Shown piece by piece: positions 44,907 through 56,284 of a stretch of DNA of 64,000 nucleotides. The position numbers and the translations under genes were made by a program. The stretch's first letter is position 1. Every line of letters starts with the position of its first letter. The stretch spans positions 62,001 to 126,000 of the forward strand of contig CDRNVI010000080.1 of the NCBI GenBank assembly GCA_977017575.1, given 5' to 3'. The notes below the pieces were generated by a model. It was not told where the DNA came from. It made no database searches and was given only the letters and a program-made list of their open reading frames with translations. The DNA is from Paramoeba atlantica. Taxonomy: Eukaryota > Protista > Discosea.

Positions 44907-46976
44907 ATGATGCGCGTAAGTACCACTCTTCGCTATCTCCCGTTACAAGGATTCTCTGGAAAGCCCTTTCATTATTCAGTTTCTCTTACTTTAGTCACTT
45001 CCGCAAAAGCACATCACTTCTCTTCTCCATATTGGATCACTTCACGGCAATTAGAATGGCTGACCGGAGGAAACGTTCAAATTAAGTCCGAGATCCCAAA
45101 TTTCGGCACATCTGCAAATGAAACCGCGGATGGTAGTGTCAAGCAGCGAACTGTCGCATCACAAGCACTTAGCTACATAGAATCACGGCCTATCCAATGG
45201 TACAACCTTGACCAGACCACCAATCCTGAGCTCGCTCTCACGTATATCCGCAAGCACGCAGCCTACCTCCGTCACGCCAAGCCCTGTATCGACATCGCCA
45301 CCCTATCCCCCTTCCGCCCGGACGTCCAACGTATCCTCCACGCCGTCTCGGCACGAAAAAATCTCAAATCCCATCTCTGGATAGCCCAATCCGACCTCCC
45401 TCTCATCGCCGACGGAACCCTCACCCCCATCCCCGGAGCCCACGGGGTATCCTTCCCCCGTAGTCCCCTCCTCCACCCCCGTACAACCCAAAGGGTACGT
45501 ACCGTTACCCTGCTCCATGACACCTCATCTTCGCCTTCTTCTCCTTCTTCTTTTGATGCCGATGTTACATCTTCCCCATCGTCCACTCCTTCACCCTCTG
45601 ACTCCTCCTCTATGGCTTCTTCCCCAACTTCACCCTCTTCCCCAGCTTCACCCCCTTCCTCTTCTTCACCCCCTTCCCCAGCTTCACCCCCTTCCTCTTC
45701 TTCACCCCCTTCCCCAGCTTCACCCCCTTCCCCAGCTTCACCCCCTTCCCCAGCTTCACCCCCTTCCCCAGCTTCACCCCCTTCCCCAGCTTCACCCCCT
45801 TCCCCAGCTTCACCCCCTTCCCCAGCTTCACCCCCTTCCCCAGCTTCCCCCCCTTCCTTCACGCACTCCCCCACCGCCCCCTGCACGCTCTACCCCCTCG
45901 CGGCCCTCTCCCACCCCCCCGCGGCCCTCTCCCACGCCCGCCACCGCGTCGCGCGCTCCGCCCTCACCAACGCCCCCCTCCCCTGCCCCCCCACCCAGCA
46001 CGCCCTGCGCCGGTTCGCCAGGCGCCACGGCCTGCGCTCCCCGCACTGGATCTCCCCCGACGCCCTGCACCGCGTCTACGGCGCCAGCCTCGGGGTAAGC
46101 CCCGACGCCGTACGGTGTGTGCTGCGGGTCGTAACGTGTGCGGGGAGTCGGGGGGAGAAGACAAAGAGGGGGACCGAAAAGGGTGGGACCACGGAGGAGG
46201 GGGAGAAGACAGGGGAGGGGGGGAAAAGGGAAGGGGGGAAGACGACGACCACTACACGTGTGATCCGTTTGTATAATGCGGAGCACACGACGGGGAAGGA
46301 GACGTTATGTGCCCGAGCCCGTCGTGGGGGGATGATTCAGTATGCTACGGGAAAACTCATGAGGCTCAGCGCCCAGGCCGTGTTGTGGGAGGAGGCTGAA
46401 CGACAAGGGTACCGCAGTAATGTGTGGCTCCGGAAGAGGGAGTTGGGGCGTGAGGGGAAGGGGGTAGTGGAGTTGAAACCCGGGATGACAGGGGTTGTGT
46501 TGTCGAGGAAGGCGACGAAAGGGGGAGAAAATGAAGCAAAAGAAGGGATGGAGGATGGAGGTGAAGGGGATGCGGTTCCGGAACAAGGAGTGGAATGGTT
46601 TAACGCCGATCAAACGACATGTCCACACGCTGTGATCCATGGGACGAGGAAGAATGCGGAAATGGGGAGCGTAACACGTGTGATGCGCAGTGGGTATTGT
46701 GGTACGATGTACCCCAGAGCAGTACAGCGCATACTACGCAAGACGGCGCAGAAGAAAAGGTTTTACTCTTGTTATTGGGTCACAGTGTCCCAGATGCGAC
46801 GTTTCTCGCCGGAACTGAAGAAGAGAGACGGGGAAGAGGGGATCAGGTTCCTTGCAACGTGCAAGGACAAAGAAGATAAGGTCCCGTATTTTTTGTTTAA
46901 TGCCGCTCAGTTGGATAACCGATCTGTACTCAACGAACACGTGAAGAATCTGAACGAACAAAACGCTTGTGGGTGA
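44907..46976 (+). CDS. Tc38/p38-like (ArdC-N-related) multi-domain ssDNA-binding protein
   Basis: About five repeats of W(I/V/L)xxxQ ... (W/Y/F)NxxQT: YWITSRQL/WYNLDQT, HWISPDAL/LYNAEHT, VWLRKREL/WFNADQT, YWVTVSQM/LFNAAQL; transit-peptide-like MMRVSTTLR. Confidence 0.75.
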   Translation: MMRVSTTLRYLPLQGFSGKPFHYSVSLTLVTSAKAHHFSSPYWITSRQLEWLTGGNVQIKSEIPNFGTSANETADGSVKQRTVASQALSYIESRPIQWYNLDQTTNPELALTYIRKHAAYLRHAKPCIDIATLSPFRPDVQRILHAVSARKNLKSHLWIAQSDLPLIADGTLTPIPGAHGVSFPRSPLLHPRTTQRVRTVTLLHDTSSSPSSPSSFDADVTSSPSSTPSPSDSSSMASSPTSPSSPASPPSSSSPPSPASPPSSSSPPSPASPPSPASPPSPASPPSPASPPSPASPPSPASPPSPASPPSPASPPSFTHSPTAPCTLYPLAALSHPPAALSHARHRVARSALTNAPLPCPPTQHALRRFARRHGLRSPHWISPDALHRVYGASLGVSPDAVRCVLRVVTCAGSRGEKTKRGTEKGGTTEEGEKTGEGGKREGGKTTTTTRVIRLYNAEHTTGKETLCARARRGGMIQYATGKLMRLSAQAVLWEEAERQGYRSNVWLRKRELGREGKGVVELKPGMTGVVLSRKATKGGENEAKEGMEDGGEGDAVPEQGVEWFNADQTTCPHAVIHGTRKNAEMGSVTRVMRSGYCGTMYPRAVQRILRKTAQKKRFYSCYWVTVSQMRRFSPELKKRDGEEGIRFLATCKDKEDKVPYFLFNAAQLDNRSVLNEHVKNLNEQNACG
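45620..45852 (+). repeat. 18-bp coding tandem repeat encoding (SPPSPA)n
   Basis: CCCCTTCCCCAGCTTCAC repeated about 10 times. Confidence 0.95.
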
Positions 46977-47568
46977 ATTCGGTATTATTTCTTCTTGCTT
47001 TATTCTCCGGGTTTTCTTGATGTAATCACGTGAATTTCTACGATTCTTCAGGAATATGTAAACTTGATCTTGTTTTCTTGCCACTTTCTTAGGACCTGCT
47101 TTTTCTTAGGACCTGCTGTCTGTTTTCTTCTAAATATTTTTCACTGGCATGCATTGATTCGAATTTTGTTGAAATTGACTTCGACGGAAACTTGTTTGCG
47201 CGCATTTTCTTTTGATTTTTGATATTTCAACTTATTTTTTTGAAATTCACTCGCCCGTTCTCATTATTTTCTGTAAATGCCTTTTATAAAAAATTGATTT
47301 TTCACAACCAAATAATTATTGCCATAATTTAAACCTGATGACAAGTGAAGAATATAGTTTTGTGCGTCAAAATTTGGTTCCTTTCAATGTTGTAGAAAAT
47401 TAAAGAAAACACTTTTCGTTTTCATCTTCTTCAGAAGAAAAAGTAAGGGAAATTTGTGAAAAAAATGTCTCTTACTGGGAGGTCTATGGTAATGATCAAA
47501 CCACATACATCATCAAACCACGATATATCTTTGCTTCATGGTATCATTTTGCACGTACTAAATCCCAT

Positions 47569-48378
47569 ATGATTCTCGTTCCACTGTATACCACGGATGT
47601 TCCTAACAAGAATCGCGGTCCGTGCAAGGTAAGAGGAGCACTTTTACCTCAGGAATATCACCTTGCGCATGTTATAGAAGATGTTGAAAATCCGCACCCT
47701 TCATGGAGTACTTCATTGCATGCGTGTATGTGGAAAGGCATACGATGCGAAACTGGAAAGGTTTCGGTCATTCTCTGGCATGTCATGAAGTTATCCGGTC
47801 ATTTAAAGTTCATTTGGTTGCCGAGAACGCTGGTTGATATTTACATGCGGAGCAATCGGTTAAGCGGATCGGTGCACCTTAGTTCACTTCCAGCCTCACT
47901 AAAAATTTTATCGCTGTCACAGAATTCGTTTACCGAAACTTTGGATTTCAGCCAACTGCCCGGCAATTTACAAGTTATTGACTTGGGCCATAACCAGTTT
48001 GAAGGAAATGTCGAATTAGGTTCTTTTCCTCTCACGCTCACAGAATTAGATGTCAGTCACAACAAGTTATCGGGAAGTGTATATTTCTCCTCTTTGCCAC
48101 CAGGTATTAATCTCATGTATTTAGAGCATAACAGGTTTACAGGAACGCCTGATTTAGAGCACTTATCGTCTTCTCTGGAGGAAATCACCATAAATAATAA
48201 TTCTTTTTCTGGTATATTGCAACTTGATATGCTTAGACTTGATACAATGGCCTTAAACGTTTTATGGCTGCACAACAATCCAGAGCTCCATATGAATAAT
48301 AACGTTTTTTGGGAGAAACTTTCGAATAAGTTGTCGGATTTTCAATATGATGATACGCAACTACTGCCAGAATCGTAA
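47569..48378 (+). CDS. Leucine-rich repeat protein (paralogue 3)
   Basis: CKVRGALLPQE, LPxxLxxLxLxxN repeats. Confidence 0.9.
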   Translation: MILVPLYTTDVPNKNRGPCKVRGALLPQEYHLAHVIEDVENPHPSWSTSLHACMWKGIRCETGKVSVILWHVMKLSGHLKFIWLPRTLVDIYMRSNRLSGSVHLSSLPASLKILSLSQNSFTETLDFSQLPGNLQVIDLGHNQFEGNVELGSFPLTLTELDVSHNKLSGSVYFSSLPPGINLMYLEHNRFTGTPDLEHLSSSLEEITINNNSFSGILQLDMLRLDTMALNVLWLHNNPELHMNNNVFWEKLSNKLSDFQYDDTQLLPES

Positions 48379-48622
48379 AGTTTTTTTAGAGTTCATATGA
48401 CGAAAAAGGGGGTTCCGTTTCGCAATAGACCTTACTATCTCGGAGTAGATCTTATTCTCGCATTAGATCGTATTATAACAGATACTTTAACGATGAAGAT
48501 CTTATTCGTACTTTTATCAATGTACTTTTGTTAATGGTACTAATAAGTTAATGACTTAAATACGTACTAGTAGGTCGTAGCAACTTCACGCTTCCTCATA
48601 TCTCATAATTTCACAAATTGTA

Positions 48623-49387
48623 ATGTCCAACTTTGCCGTACAACTGAAGATTACTGTGGAAGACTGCCGTCCCCCAATCTGGCGAAGAGTCATCATGAAA
48701 ACATCCGACTCTCTCTCCGATCTCCACGAGATCATTCAACGGGCATTTGGATGGCTCGATTATCACTTGCACTCCTTTACCATCCTCAAACAAGATTACA
48801 TGCCGATAAATCACCCAGCCTATTGTGATCTCAAGGACTCGGATATGGGGATTCTGTGCGAGAGCGACATCATCCTTAGCCATGTGATCTTATTGAATGT
48901 GAAACAATTCCGGTACAACTACGACTTTGGAGATGATTGGTACCACGCGGTACAAATCGAAAAAGTTCTCCCGTTGGACTCTTCTGTTCAATATCCAATT
49001 TGCATAAAAGGAAAGCGAGCTCGTCCCCCTGAAGACTGTGGTGGGTGCTGGGGATACGACGAGCTCATCCAAGCGATGAAAAAGCCGGACAGCTCGAAGA
49101 AGAAGAAGGAACTCGTAGATTGGCTAGGGGGGCCTTTCGATGCTGAGGCGTTTAGCCTGGAGGAGACTAATGCACGTCTGGCTACTCTTCATGAGTCTAA
49201 GTCCCGAGGCGCCGCAAAGAAGACAAAAGAAAGCAAAAGAAAGGAAAAGGAAAAAAGGGCAAGAACGACACGGAGACCGAAACGGGGTCAAAGCGGAGCT
49301 CCCGTAGATGAATTTCTTTTATCGAGGTGTACGATAGCAGATGGAATGCATGTGCGTTCATATCCTTTGAAGTGGTCTTGCAGATAA
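48623..49387 (+). CDS. Plasmid pRiA4b ORF-3-like protein
   Basis: QLKITV..PPIWRRV, LHEIIQRAFGWLDYHLHSF, YNYDFGDDW, PPEDCGG..GY. Confidence 0.85.
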   Translation: MSNFAVQLKITVEDCRPPIWRRVIMKTSDSLSDLHEIIQRAFGWLDYHLHSFTILKQDYMPINHPAYCDLKDSDMGILCESDIILSHVILLNVKQFRYNYDFGDDWYHAVQIEKVLPLDSSVQYPICIKGKRARPPEDCGGCWGYDELIQAMKKPDSSKKKKELVDWLGGPFDAEAFSLEETNARLATLHESKSRGAAKKTKESKRKEKEKRARTTRRPKRGQSGAPVDEFLLSRCTIADGMHVRSYPLKWSCR

Positions 49388-49911
49388 GAAGAGTGTACAT
49401 AAATAAAAATAGTCTGTTGTGGCACTCAGAGGTGTACATAGGACTTATGTTTCTCATGCGTGGTACAGTGCTAATGTTTGAAAATGTAAGTATTTGTATT
49501 TCAATTCTCTCTATTTAACCATTACGTTGGTGTTTTCAAAATACAAAAAACTTCACAGTAGCTGCTTTGTACGTGTACACGGTAGAGTATGTGCATACAC
49601 TTCTATTGTTGATGAATCGTTAGTTAAACCTTAAAAGGGTGTCGTTTATAGCACTACGTTTTAATCAAGTATTTTGTAGAAGTATTTTGTGTTTTGGCAC
49701 ATTCCGTTCTCAAAATTACTCTATTTTCATCGTATCTCTCGCATAATTTCAAAAACAAATAGCACGACTACGCTTTCCTTATCTGACACATGCACGACGG
49801 AACCACCCTACCCACCTCATGACCTCTCCGTAATACTCCACGACTACCCTATCCTCTCCCCCTACCCCCACATCCCCCCCTTCCCCCTTCCACTTTCTTA
49901 CCTACATGTAA

Positions 49912-51453
49912 ATGCGGCCCTATCTTATTCTCCTCCTCCTACCCCTTCTTCTGTCCAGCGACGTTTCTTCCCCCGCCCAGCCTCACCCCCCCGACACCCG
50001 CGCCGAGGTTCTCGAGCTCTTCAACCACGCGTACGACAGCTACAAGTCCCACGGCTTCCCCTTCGATGAGATCCGGCCCTGCAGCTGCCGCGGGGTCGAC
50101 ACCCTCTGCGGGTGTGCGCTGACGCTCATCGACGCCCTCCCCTCCCTGGCCGTGGTGGGGCGACACGAGGCGTTCCGGCACGACGTGAAATGGGTCACGG
50201 AGAATGTGCGTTTCGACCAGAACCGGCAGGTCTCGGTGTTCGAGGTGAATATTCGAGTCCTGGGTGGACTGCTGAGCGCACACTTGATGTATGAGGAGGG
50301 GGTGGTGGTTGTGGACCCCGGGGTGGATGACTACAAGGGAGGACTGCTTTTGTTAGCGAAAGATCTTGCGAATCGTCTGTTGCGCGCGTTTGACACCCCT
50401 ACGGGGATACCGTTTGGCTCGGTGAACCTGCGGCATGGTGTTCATGTACGGGAGACCTCTGAGACTGCGACTGCGGCGGGTGGGACATTCCTGCTGGAGT
50501 TTGGTGTTCTGAGTGCGCTCACGGGGGATATGCGATACGCTGAGGCCGCGCGGAGGGCCTCCCGGGCGTTGTTTTACTTCCGCAGTCCGCTGGGGCTTCT
50601 CGGTAATCACATAAACATCACCACCGGGGAATGGACCCAGACGGTCGCCACCGTCGGTACTTCCGTAGACAGTTACCTCGAGTACCTCTTCAAGGCCTAT
50701 GTGCTTTTTGAGGAGGTCGAATTCCTGTGTATGTACCGTAACCTCACATCCGCAGTCGAGAGGTATCTTCGACGTGGAGGGTGGTACCTGGATGTGGAGA
50801 TGGAGTCTGGAATTCTTAACCGTCCCGTTGCCAACGCCCTCGGATTTTTTTACCCCGGACTCCGAGCCTTTGCCGGGGTGTCGCCACGGTGTGTGTGGGA
50901 CACCGTTGAAGCCCCTCTAGGGGTGTGGAAACGGTTTGGGGCCACTCCAGAGGGGTGGGATGTATGGGCCGGGGAGCCTGCAGAGGGCCAGGAGGGGTAT
51001 CCCCTGCGTCCGGAGCTAGCCGAGTCGCTCTATCACCTCTACCGTACCACCCGGGACCCCTACTATCGTACCCAGGCGACGTATCTTGTCCACACCCTGC
51101 GGAACCGTACCCGTGTGAGGTGCGGGTTGAGTGCGTTACCGGATGTGCGGAATAACACTTACAGCGATCACATGGAGTCGTTTGTGCTCAGCGAGACGCT
51201 GTTGTATCTCTATCTTGTGTTCGACGAGGATAATGTCTTGCATCACCGTCCGTATGTGTTCAGCACGGAGGGACATCCGTTTCCTGTGTCTCAGCGGTTT
51301 ATCCTGCGTGATCTGTGGAACTCGACCTCGGTGGAGGAAATGTGGGAGTACTGTGGGTCATTGAGTGTAAGAGACTTTCAGTCCCCACAGCTGACCGCGG
51401 AGGAAATGATGAGCGTGGAGGGAGTGAGGCTAGGTACTGGCGTTCGGTGTTGA
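49912..51453 (+). CDS. EDEM: GH47 ER degradation-enhancing alpha-mannosidase-like protein
   Basis: Signal peptide; FNHAYDSY, SVFEVNIRVLGGLLSAH, VDSYLEYL, YPLRPELAES, MESFVLSET, FSTEGHP. Confidence 0.93.
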   Translation: MRPYLILLLLPLLLSSDVSSPAQPHPPDTRAEVLELFNHAYDSYKSHGFPFDEIRPCSCRGVDTLCGCALTLIDALPSLAVVGRHEAFRHDVKWVTENVRFDQNRQVSVFEVNIRVLGGLLSAHLMYEEGVVVVDPGVDDYKGGLLLLAKDLANRLLRAFDTPTGIPFGSVNLRHGVHVRETSETATAAGGTFLLEFGVLSALTGDMRYAEAARRASRALFYFRSPLGLLGNHINITTGEWTQTVATVGTSVDSYLEYLFKAYVLFEEVEFLCMYRNLTSAVERYLRRGGWYLDVEMESGILNRPVANALGFFYPGLRAFAGVSPRCVWDTVEAPLGVWKRFGATPEGWDVWAGEPAEGQEGYPLRPELAESLYHLYRTTRDPYYRTQATYLVHTLRNRTRVRCGLSALPDVRNNTYSDHMESFVLSETLLYLYLVFDEDNVLHHRPYVFSTEGHPFPVSQRFILRDLWNSTSVEEMWEYCGSLSVRDFQSPQLTAEEMMSVEGVRLGTGVRC

Positions 51454-51534
51454 CTGTCGTGTGAGGAGATTACCCCCCCCGTTACCCTCCCCCACCATTA
51501 CCCTTACCGTTACTTCCCTAGACATATCCTAGTA

Positions 51535-52074
51535 CCGGGCGTTACTTAATTACGGAATTTCTTAATTACGGTTAACGGTTAAAATTTTGTCGATTTTAAC
51601 CTTAAATCGGTTAACCGCAATTAGGGAGTAACCTTAATTAAGAAATTCCGTAAATAGGGAAAATGGGTTATGCATGACCGCAATATATTTCAACATCAAT
51701 GAAACGATAACAATCAATCATCAATATCGTGCATCTTATACCCACTAGATTCGAAAGTGCGTTGTAGCTTTCTTCTGGTGGTATCCGCATCATCGTTGCG
51801 TTCCCCGTAGCCAAATCCAAGCTATAATGGTTCCAAGCCCCTCGTAATGCAATTATCTAATACTATGTAGCAACATGGCGCATTCCACATTCCACGACGA
51901 ATGCCAGTCGCTCTATTCCTCGCCCAGGCGGCTTTCTGCTTCCTGATATTCCAGTCACAGGGCGCATAAAATATTTTGCTTGGAAAATAAAAATATCAGT
52001 TTTAATCTTAAATAGATTAACCGTAATTACGTAAAAACCGTAATTAAGGGCAACCGTAATTAAGTAACGCCCGG
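51535..52074. mobile_element. 540-bp MITE, TA-flanked, with subterminal TTAATTACGG repeats
   Basis: TA|CCGGGCGTTACTTAATTACGG ... CCGTAATTAAGTAACGCCCGG|TA. Confidence 0.85.
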
Positions 52075-53734
52075 TACGTAACATATCCTTTTTTTTTCCA
52101 AAAAAAGTTAAAATACTACTGTCACCCCCCCCTTTATACTTCCACCGGTTTCGGTACTTTTGGAATTATAAAGGAGGGGGGGTCTGACTTTCGGAAGTAT
52201 AAAGGGGGGGTCTGGTTTTTTGCAAAATCCGCGAAACAAACGTTTTTGAAACAGGGACAAAAAAAAATGCACCGCTTCGCGGCGCTGGTTTCCTATTATT
52301 CTAGCTTTTTCCAAAATCGACTTCTAAAGCGTATTTTGAGGGTTTGGGACCGGAGCACCCGGACAGCACAGATTCCCCACCCAAATTGCAAAAAAATCGG
52401 TACGGGTTCGACATCGGCTGAGACGGAGACCTTCTCGAGCTCAAGTTTTTTTGTGCCTGAAAAACGAATACTCCCCCTCTGTTTAATTTTGATAAATGGA
52501 CTTTTTTTACTTTTATCCCAACTAATGATTCATCAAAAAATTATTTTTTTGATAAGTGAGGGGCTGCGGGTGAAACCTCGTGAAACCTCGCGAAATTTCG
52601 CGAAACCTCGGTGAAACCTTGTGAAACCTAGCCACCTGCAGCCCATCAAATGATAAATCAATTTTTTCCCTCGTTGAAACATATTTCGTTCTCTAGAACA
52701 GCGAAGTCACAAATTTTTCAATTCGAACACCGAAAATGACCCAAATCTGGGGGAAAAAGTTGCCTTTTTCGCCTATAAATCGGACACCTAAAAGCTCTTT
52801 TTGGTTCTTAGTGTCCCCCCTCCCCTTAAGCGCACCCAGTCAGACACCCCATTTAAGCGTACATAGAGTACAGGTATAGATTCCGGCGTCGCAAAGCGGC
52901 GCCAAATTTTTTATCATGTAGTGATTCAGACGCCCCTTTAAAATTTCGTTTAAAATAAATTATTTTGATAAATGCTAATGATAACCTTTTTTAGGCTCTT
53001 CGTTAAACGCGGTGGTTGTTTTCAACTTAGAAGTCACTCATGCTGCGCGCTTCGCGTTGAAAACTACCTCCACGTTTGACGAAGGGCCTAAAAAAGAAAA
53101 ATCGCGAAAAGATCGCGAATAATCTACTTTTTTGGGGGAAAAAGCTCGATTTTTTGGCGAAAATTGCGAAATTTTAACCCGAATTTGGGCCGTTTTGGAT
53201 GCCTTACCAGTAGGGGCAGGAGACGAATCTGTCGAAAAAAACGTTGTAGAATGGTAGCTGGGGTCCCAAACTCCTAAAACGTGTTTTAGGAGTCGATTTT
53301 GGAAAAATAATATTTTTACTTTTCTTTGGGTAAAAAAAATTTTTTTGGTGTCATCCCAAAAGTTTCGGAAATTTTTATCTGGTCGGATCCCTCCCGCGCG
53401 TGCAAGGGGGGTACCCCCAGGTGGGGTGGAAAATTATCGCCACGGCATACTCTACCACTTCCCGGAGCTTCCCGGAGCTACAAATAATATTCCCGAGGCT
53501 AAAAATAATATTTTTACTTTTTTTTGGGTCAAAATGTTTTTTTGGTGTCATCCCAAAAGTTTCGGAAATTTTTATCTGGTCGGATCCCTCCCGCGCGTGC
53601 AAGGGGGGTACCCCCAGGTGGGGTGGAAAATTATCGCCACGGCATACTCTACCACTTCCCGGAACTTCTGAAAACGTGTTAAAACGCTTATTTGGGTTTC
53701 CCCCGAGGCCCCCAACATGTGGGGAACACATTAA

Positions 53735-53857
53735 AATCCAGGTATAAAGGGGCGAGGGAGATACGAAGCAACAGATGTAGCAAATTCCCACTGAAAAGAA
53801 ATTGGAAATTTGCTACATCTATTGCTTCGTATCTCCTCGCCCCTTTATACCTGGATT
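53735..53857. repeat. 123-bp near-perfect hairpin
   Basis: AATCCAGGTATAAAGGGGCGAGG..GTAGCAAATT / AATTTGCTAC..CCTCGCCCCTTTATACCTGGATT. Confidence 0.9.
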
Positions 53858-54422
53858 CTACAAAATAACTATAGAATCTTTACTGTAGAATCTTTATTGT
53901 TCTACAAAAGATTTCTTCAAAAATTTCGTTGTATCAATCAGTAAAATTCGTGGGCGTCATGGCAGTAAGCATTGACAAAACAATGTCAATTTTCTTCTAA
54001 AAAGTGGCTTCTGAAGGCTTCTGACAAAGTTTGTTGGAAATCGGGTGTGTATCATCTTGGTTGAGTTTACTCTCAACCAAATTTTTTTGGAGATGCTTCG
54101 AGCATCAGCATCCGCCAGCGCACCTAGGCTGGGACTAGGGGGCCACATCTTTTCGAAGACAAACGGCTCTGAGAATTAACGTTAACCCCTTGCAAAAGTG
54201 TCCAGCTGGCCACTCCCAGAAAAGTGGATAGCTGGCCACCTCCTGATTTTGGACTTTTTCTCAACTTCTGCAAAAACAATCCATGGAAAATTCAAAAAAA
54301 ATGACAAATTTACCCAAAACAAACTATAATTATAATTGCGGTGGTTGTATAACTACCGCTCTACCCTCCATTATTGAAAAAAAGTGAACAAAAACAGTGA
54401 AAATATAAAGAGGAACACAGTA

Positions 54423-54729
54423 CTCCCCCTCTCATTAATAATTATAATTATAATCTATAAACCTGTTTAGTTTATAATTATTAATGAGATTCGATAAGTG
54501 ATTTTTTCCTACTATGGACTTCAATTTCTTGATTTTCGAGACACTTCGTTCAACTTGGAAGCAATTTTTAGTGCAAAGTATGTGGTACAGGTGTCTTTGT
54601 AGATAAAAAATGAAAAATTTAAGGTTTATAATTATAAAAGTGAGACTCAGAATTATAATCTCATTAAATTTCTATAAACGATCCCTTTAATGATTTTTGG
54701 AGGTTTATAATTATTAATGAGAGGGGGAG
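54423..54729. mobile_element. 307-bp Stowaway-like MITE with TA TSD
   Basis: TA|CTCCCCCTCTCATTAATAATTATAA ... TTATAATTATTAATGAGAGGGGGAG|TA; empty site ACAGTAATATAATAG at 40709-40723. Confidence 0.9.
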
Positions 54730-55495
54730 TAATATAATAGAAGAAAAAAATATTAAAAGGGGCTCCGGTGGTCCAAAAACGAAAAAAAAAATTGAAAAAA
54801 ATGGGGGGTCTAGGGGGGCTCCGTGGGGGAGCATACGTCACAAAAAAAAATTGAATTTTTTGCTTTTCAAAATCGAGCGCAGGGAAGTGGTAGAGTATGC
54901 CGCGGCGATAATTTTCCACCCCCCCCATGGGGGTACCCCCCCTGGTACGCGCAGGAGGTGTCCGGCAAGATCAAAATTTCTGAAAATTTTGGGGTGACCG
55001 CAAAATATTTTTTTTTGACCCAAAAAAAGTAAAAATATTATTTTTCCAAAATCGACTCCTAAAACGTGTTTTAGGAGTTTGGGACCCCAGCTACTATTCT
55101 ACGATGCTTTTTTTGTCAGGTTCGCTTCCTACCCCTACTGGTAAGGCGTCAAAAACGGCCCCAATTCGGGTTAAAATTTCGCAATTTTCGCCAAAAAATC
55201 GAGCTTTTTCCCCCAAAAAAGTAGATTATTCGCGATTTTTTCGCGATTTTTCTTTTTTAGGCCCTTCGTCAAACGTGGAGGTAGTTTTCAACGCGAAGCG
55301 CGCAGCATGAGTGACTTCTAAGTTGAAAACAACCACCGCGTTTAACGAAGAGCCTAAAAAAGGTTATCATTAGCATTTATCAAAATAATTTATTTTAAAC
55401 GAAATTTTAAAGGGGCGTCTGAATCACTACATGATAAAACTTTGAACTTTCCTGGTACTCTAAAAATCATTTCTAGATTTCTGATTATTTAAGTC

Positions 55496-56284
55496 ATGTC
55501 TTGTGAAACGGACCTACTGAACGTCATCCAAACAATGGCCAAGGAAAAGAAGCAACTTACGGGAAGCATCAAAAAGCTAGAAACACAAATTGAGGAAATG
55601 GAAAAAAGGAACAACGAACTTTCAACCACCCTTTCGCGTGTAGTAGCCGAAAATTCGGAGCTTTGTCGGTTCGCTTCTCGCCCAGAAGAAACCACACACG
55701 AACGAACAGAAGTGACAAAATATTGGACGCATTTGCTCGAAACAGGAATGTCTTCACATCAAGTCACGGCAATTCGAAGGGCATACGAAGAATTAAAAAC
55801 AAAAACTACATGTACTTCCCTTTGGTTCTTTTCTCCGGAGCCTAGGAGTTCATTGGAAACGTTTTTTACCTTGCCATGGATCATATGGGCGCCCATGCGC
55901 CAAGGCGAAAAAGAAAACCTACACTGTCTTCATTGCAAAGAGCGATTGACTTTCATGAAGCTTTCTCCTGTGCGTCGGATTTTTGATCTTTCGACACCAA
56001 TGTACTATCTTTGTGAAGTGTATCAATGTCGTAGCACTGAGTGTCGTAAGGTAATATCAAGTGATGAAAAGAGCTTAATTTCCAGCCTGTCCCACAAGGC
56101 ACGAAATTCCTTTCCTATTATTAAAACTGAGAAATTGGGGATGACTAGACGACTTTCAACGGCCATTATGGCAATAGGAACTAGTGGTTCTAATATGAGT
56201 GAATTTCAAGGTATTCTGCAAGAAGTGTATGCCGTCGATTACCATCAGCGGACGTTGCAGTATCTTCGAAGTAGACGGCTTTGA
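55496..56284 (+). CDS. Coiled coil plus Cys-rich DUF6729-like domain; possibly transposon-derived and truncated
   Basis: CLHC..VRRIFDL..YYLCEVYQC..C..SFPII.T.K.G pattern recalled from DUF6729-type proteins. Confidence 0.45.
   Translation: MSCETDLLNVIQTMAKEKKQLTGSIKKLETQIEEMEKRNNELSTTLSRVVAENSELCRFASRPEETTHERTEVTKYWTHLLETGMSSHQVTAIRRAYEELKTKTTCTSLWFFSPEPRSSLETFFTLPWIIWAPMRQGEKENLHCLHCKERLTFMKLSPVRRIFDLSTPMYYLCEVYQCRSTECRKVISSDEKSLISSLSHKARNSFPIIKTEKLGMTRRLSTAIMAIGTSGSNMSEFQGILQEVYAVDYHQRTLQYLRSRRL

Larger units (their letters stand above)
52908..55438. repeat. Fold-back unit with ~560-bp inverted arms, each containing palindrome P
   Basis: 52908-53465 is approximately the reverse complement of 54880-55438. 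Confidence 0.8.

Noticed and set aside
45272-46286. Antisense and alternative-frame ORFs over the Tc38-like gene (also over PPR, SR-alpha, EDEM)
   Set aside because: Shadows of GC-rich or 18-bp repeat coding sequence.
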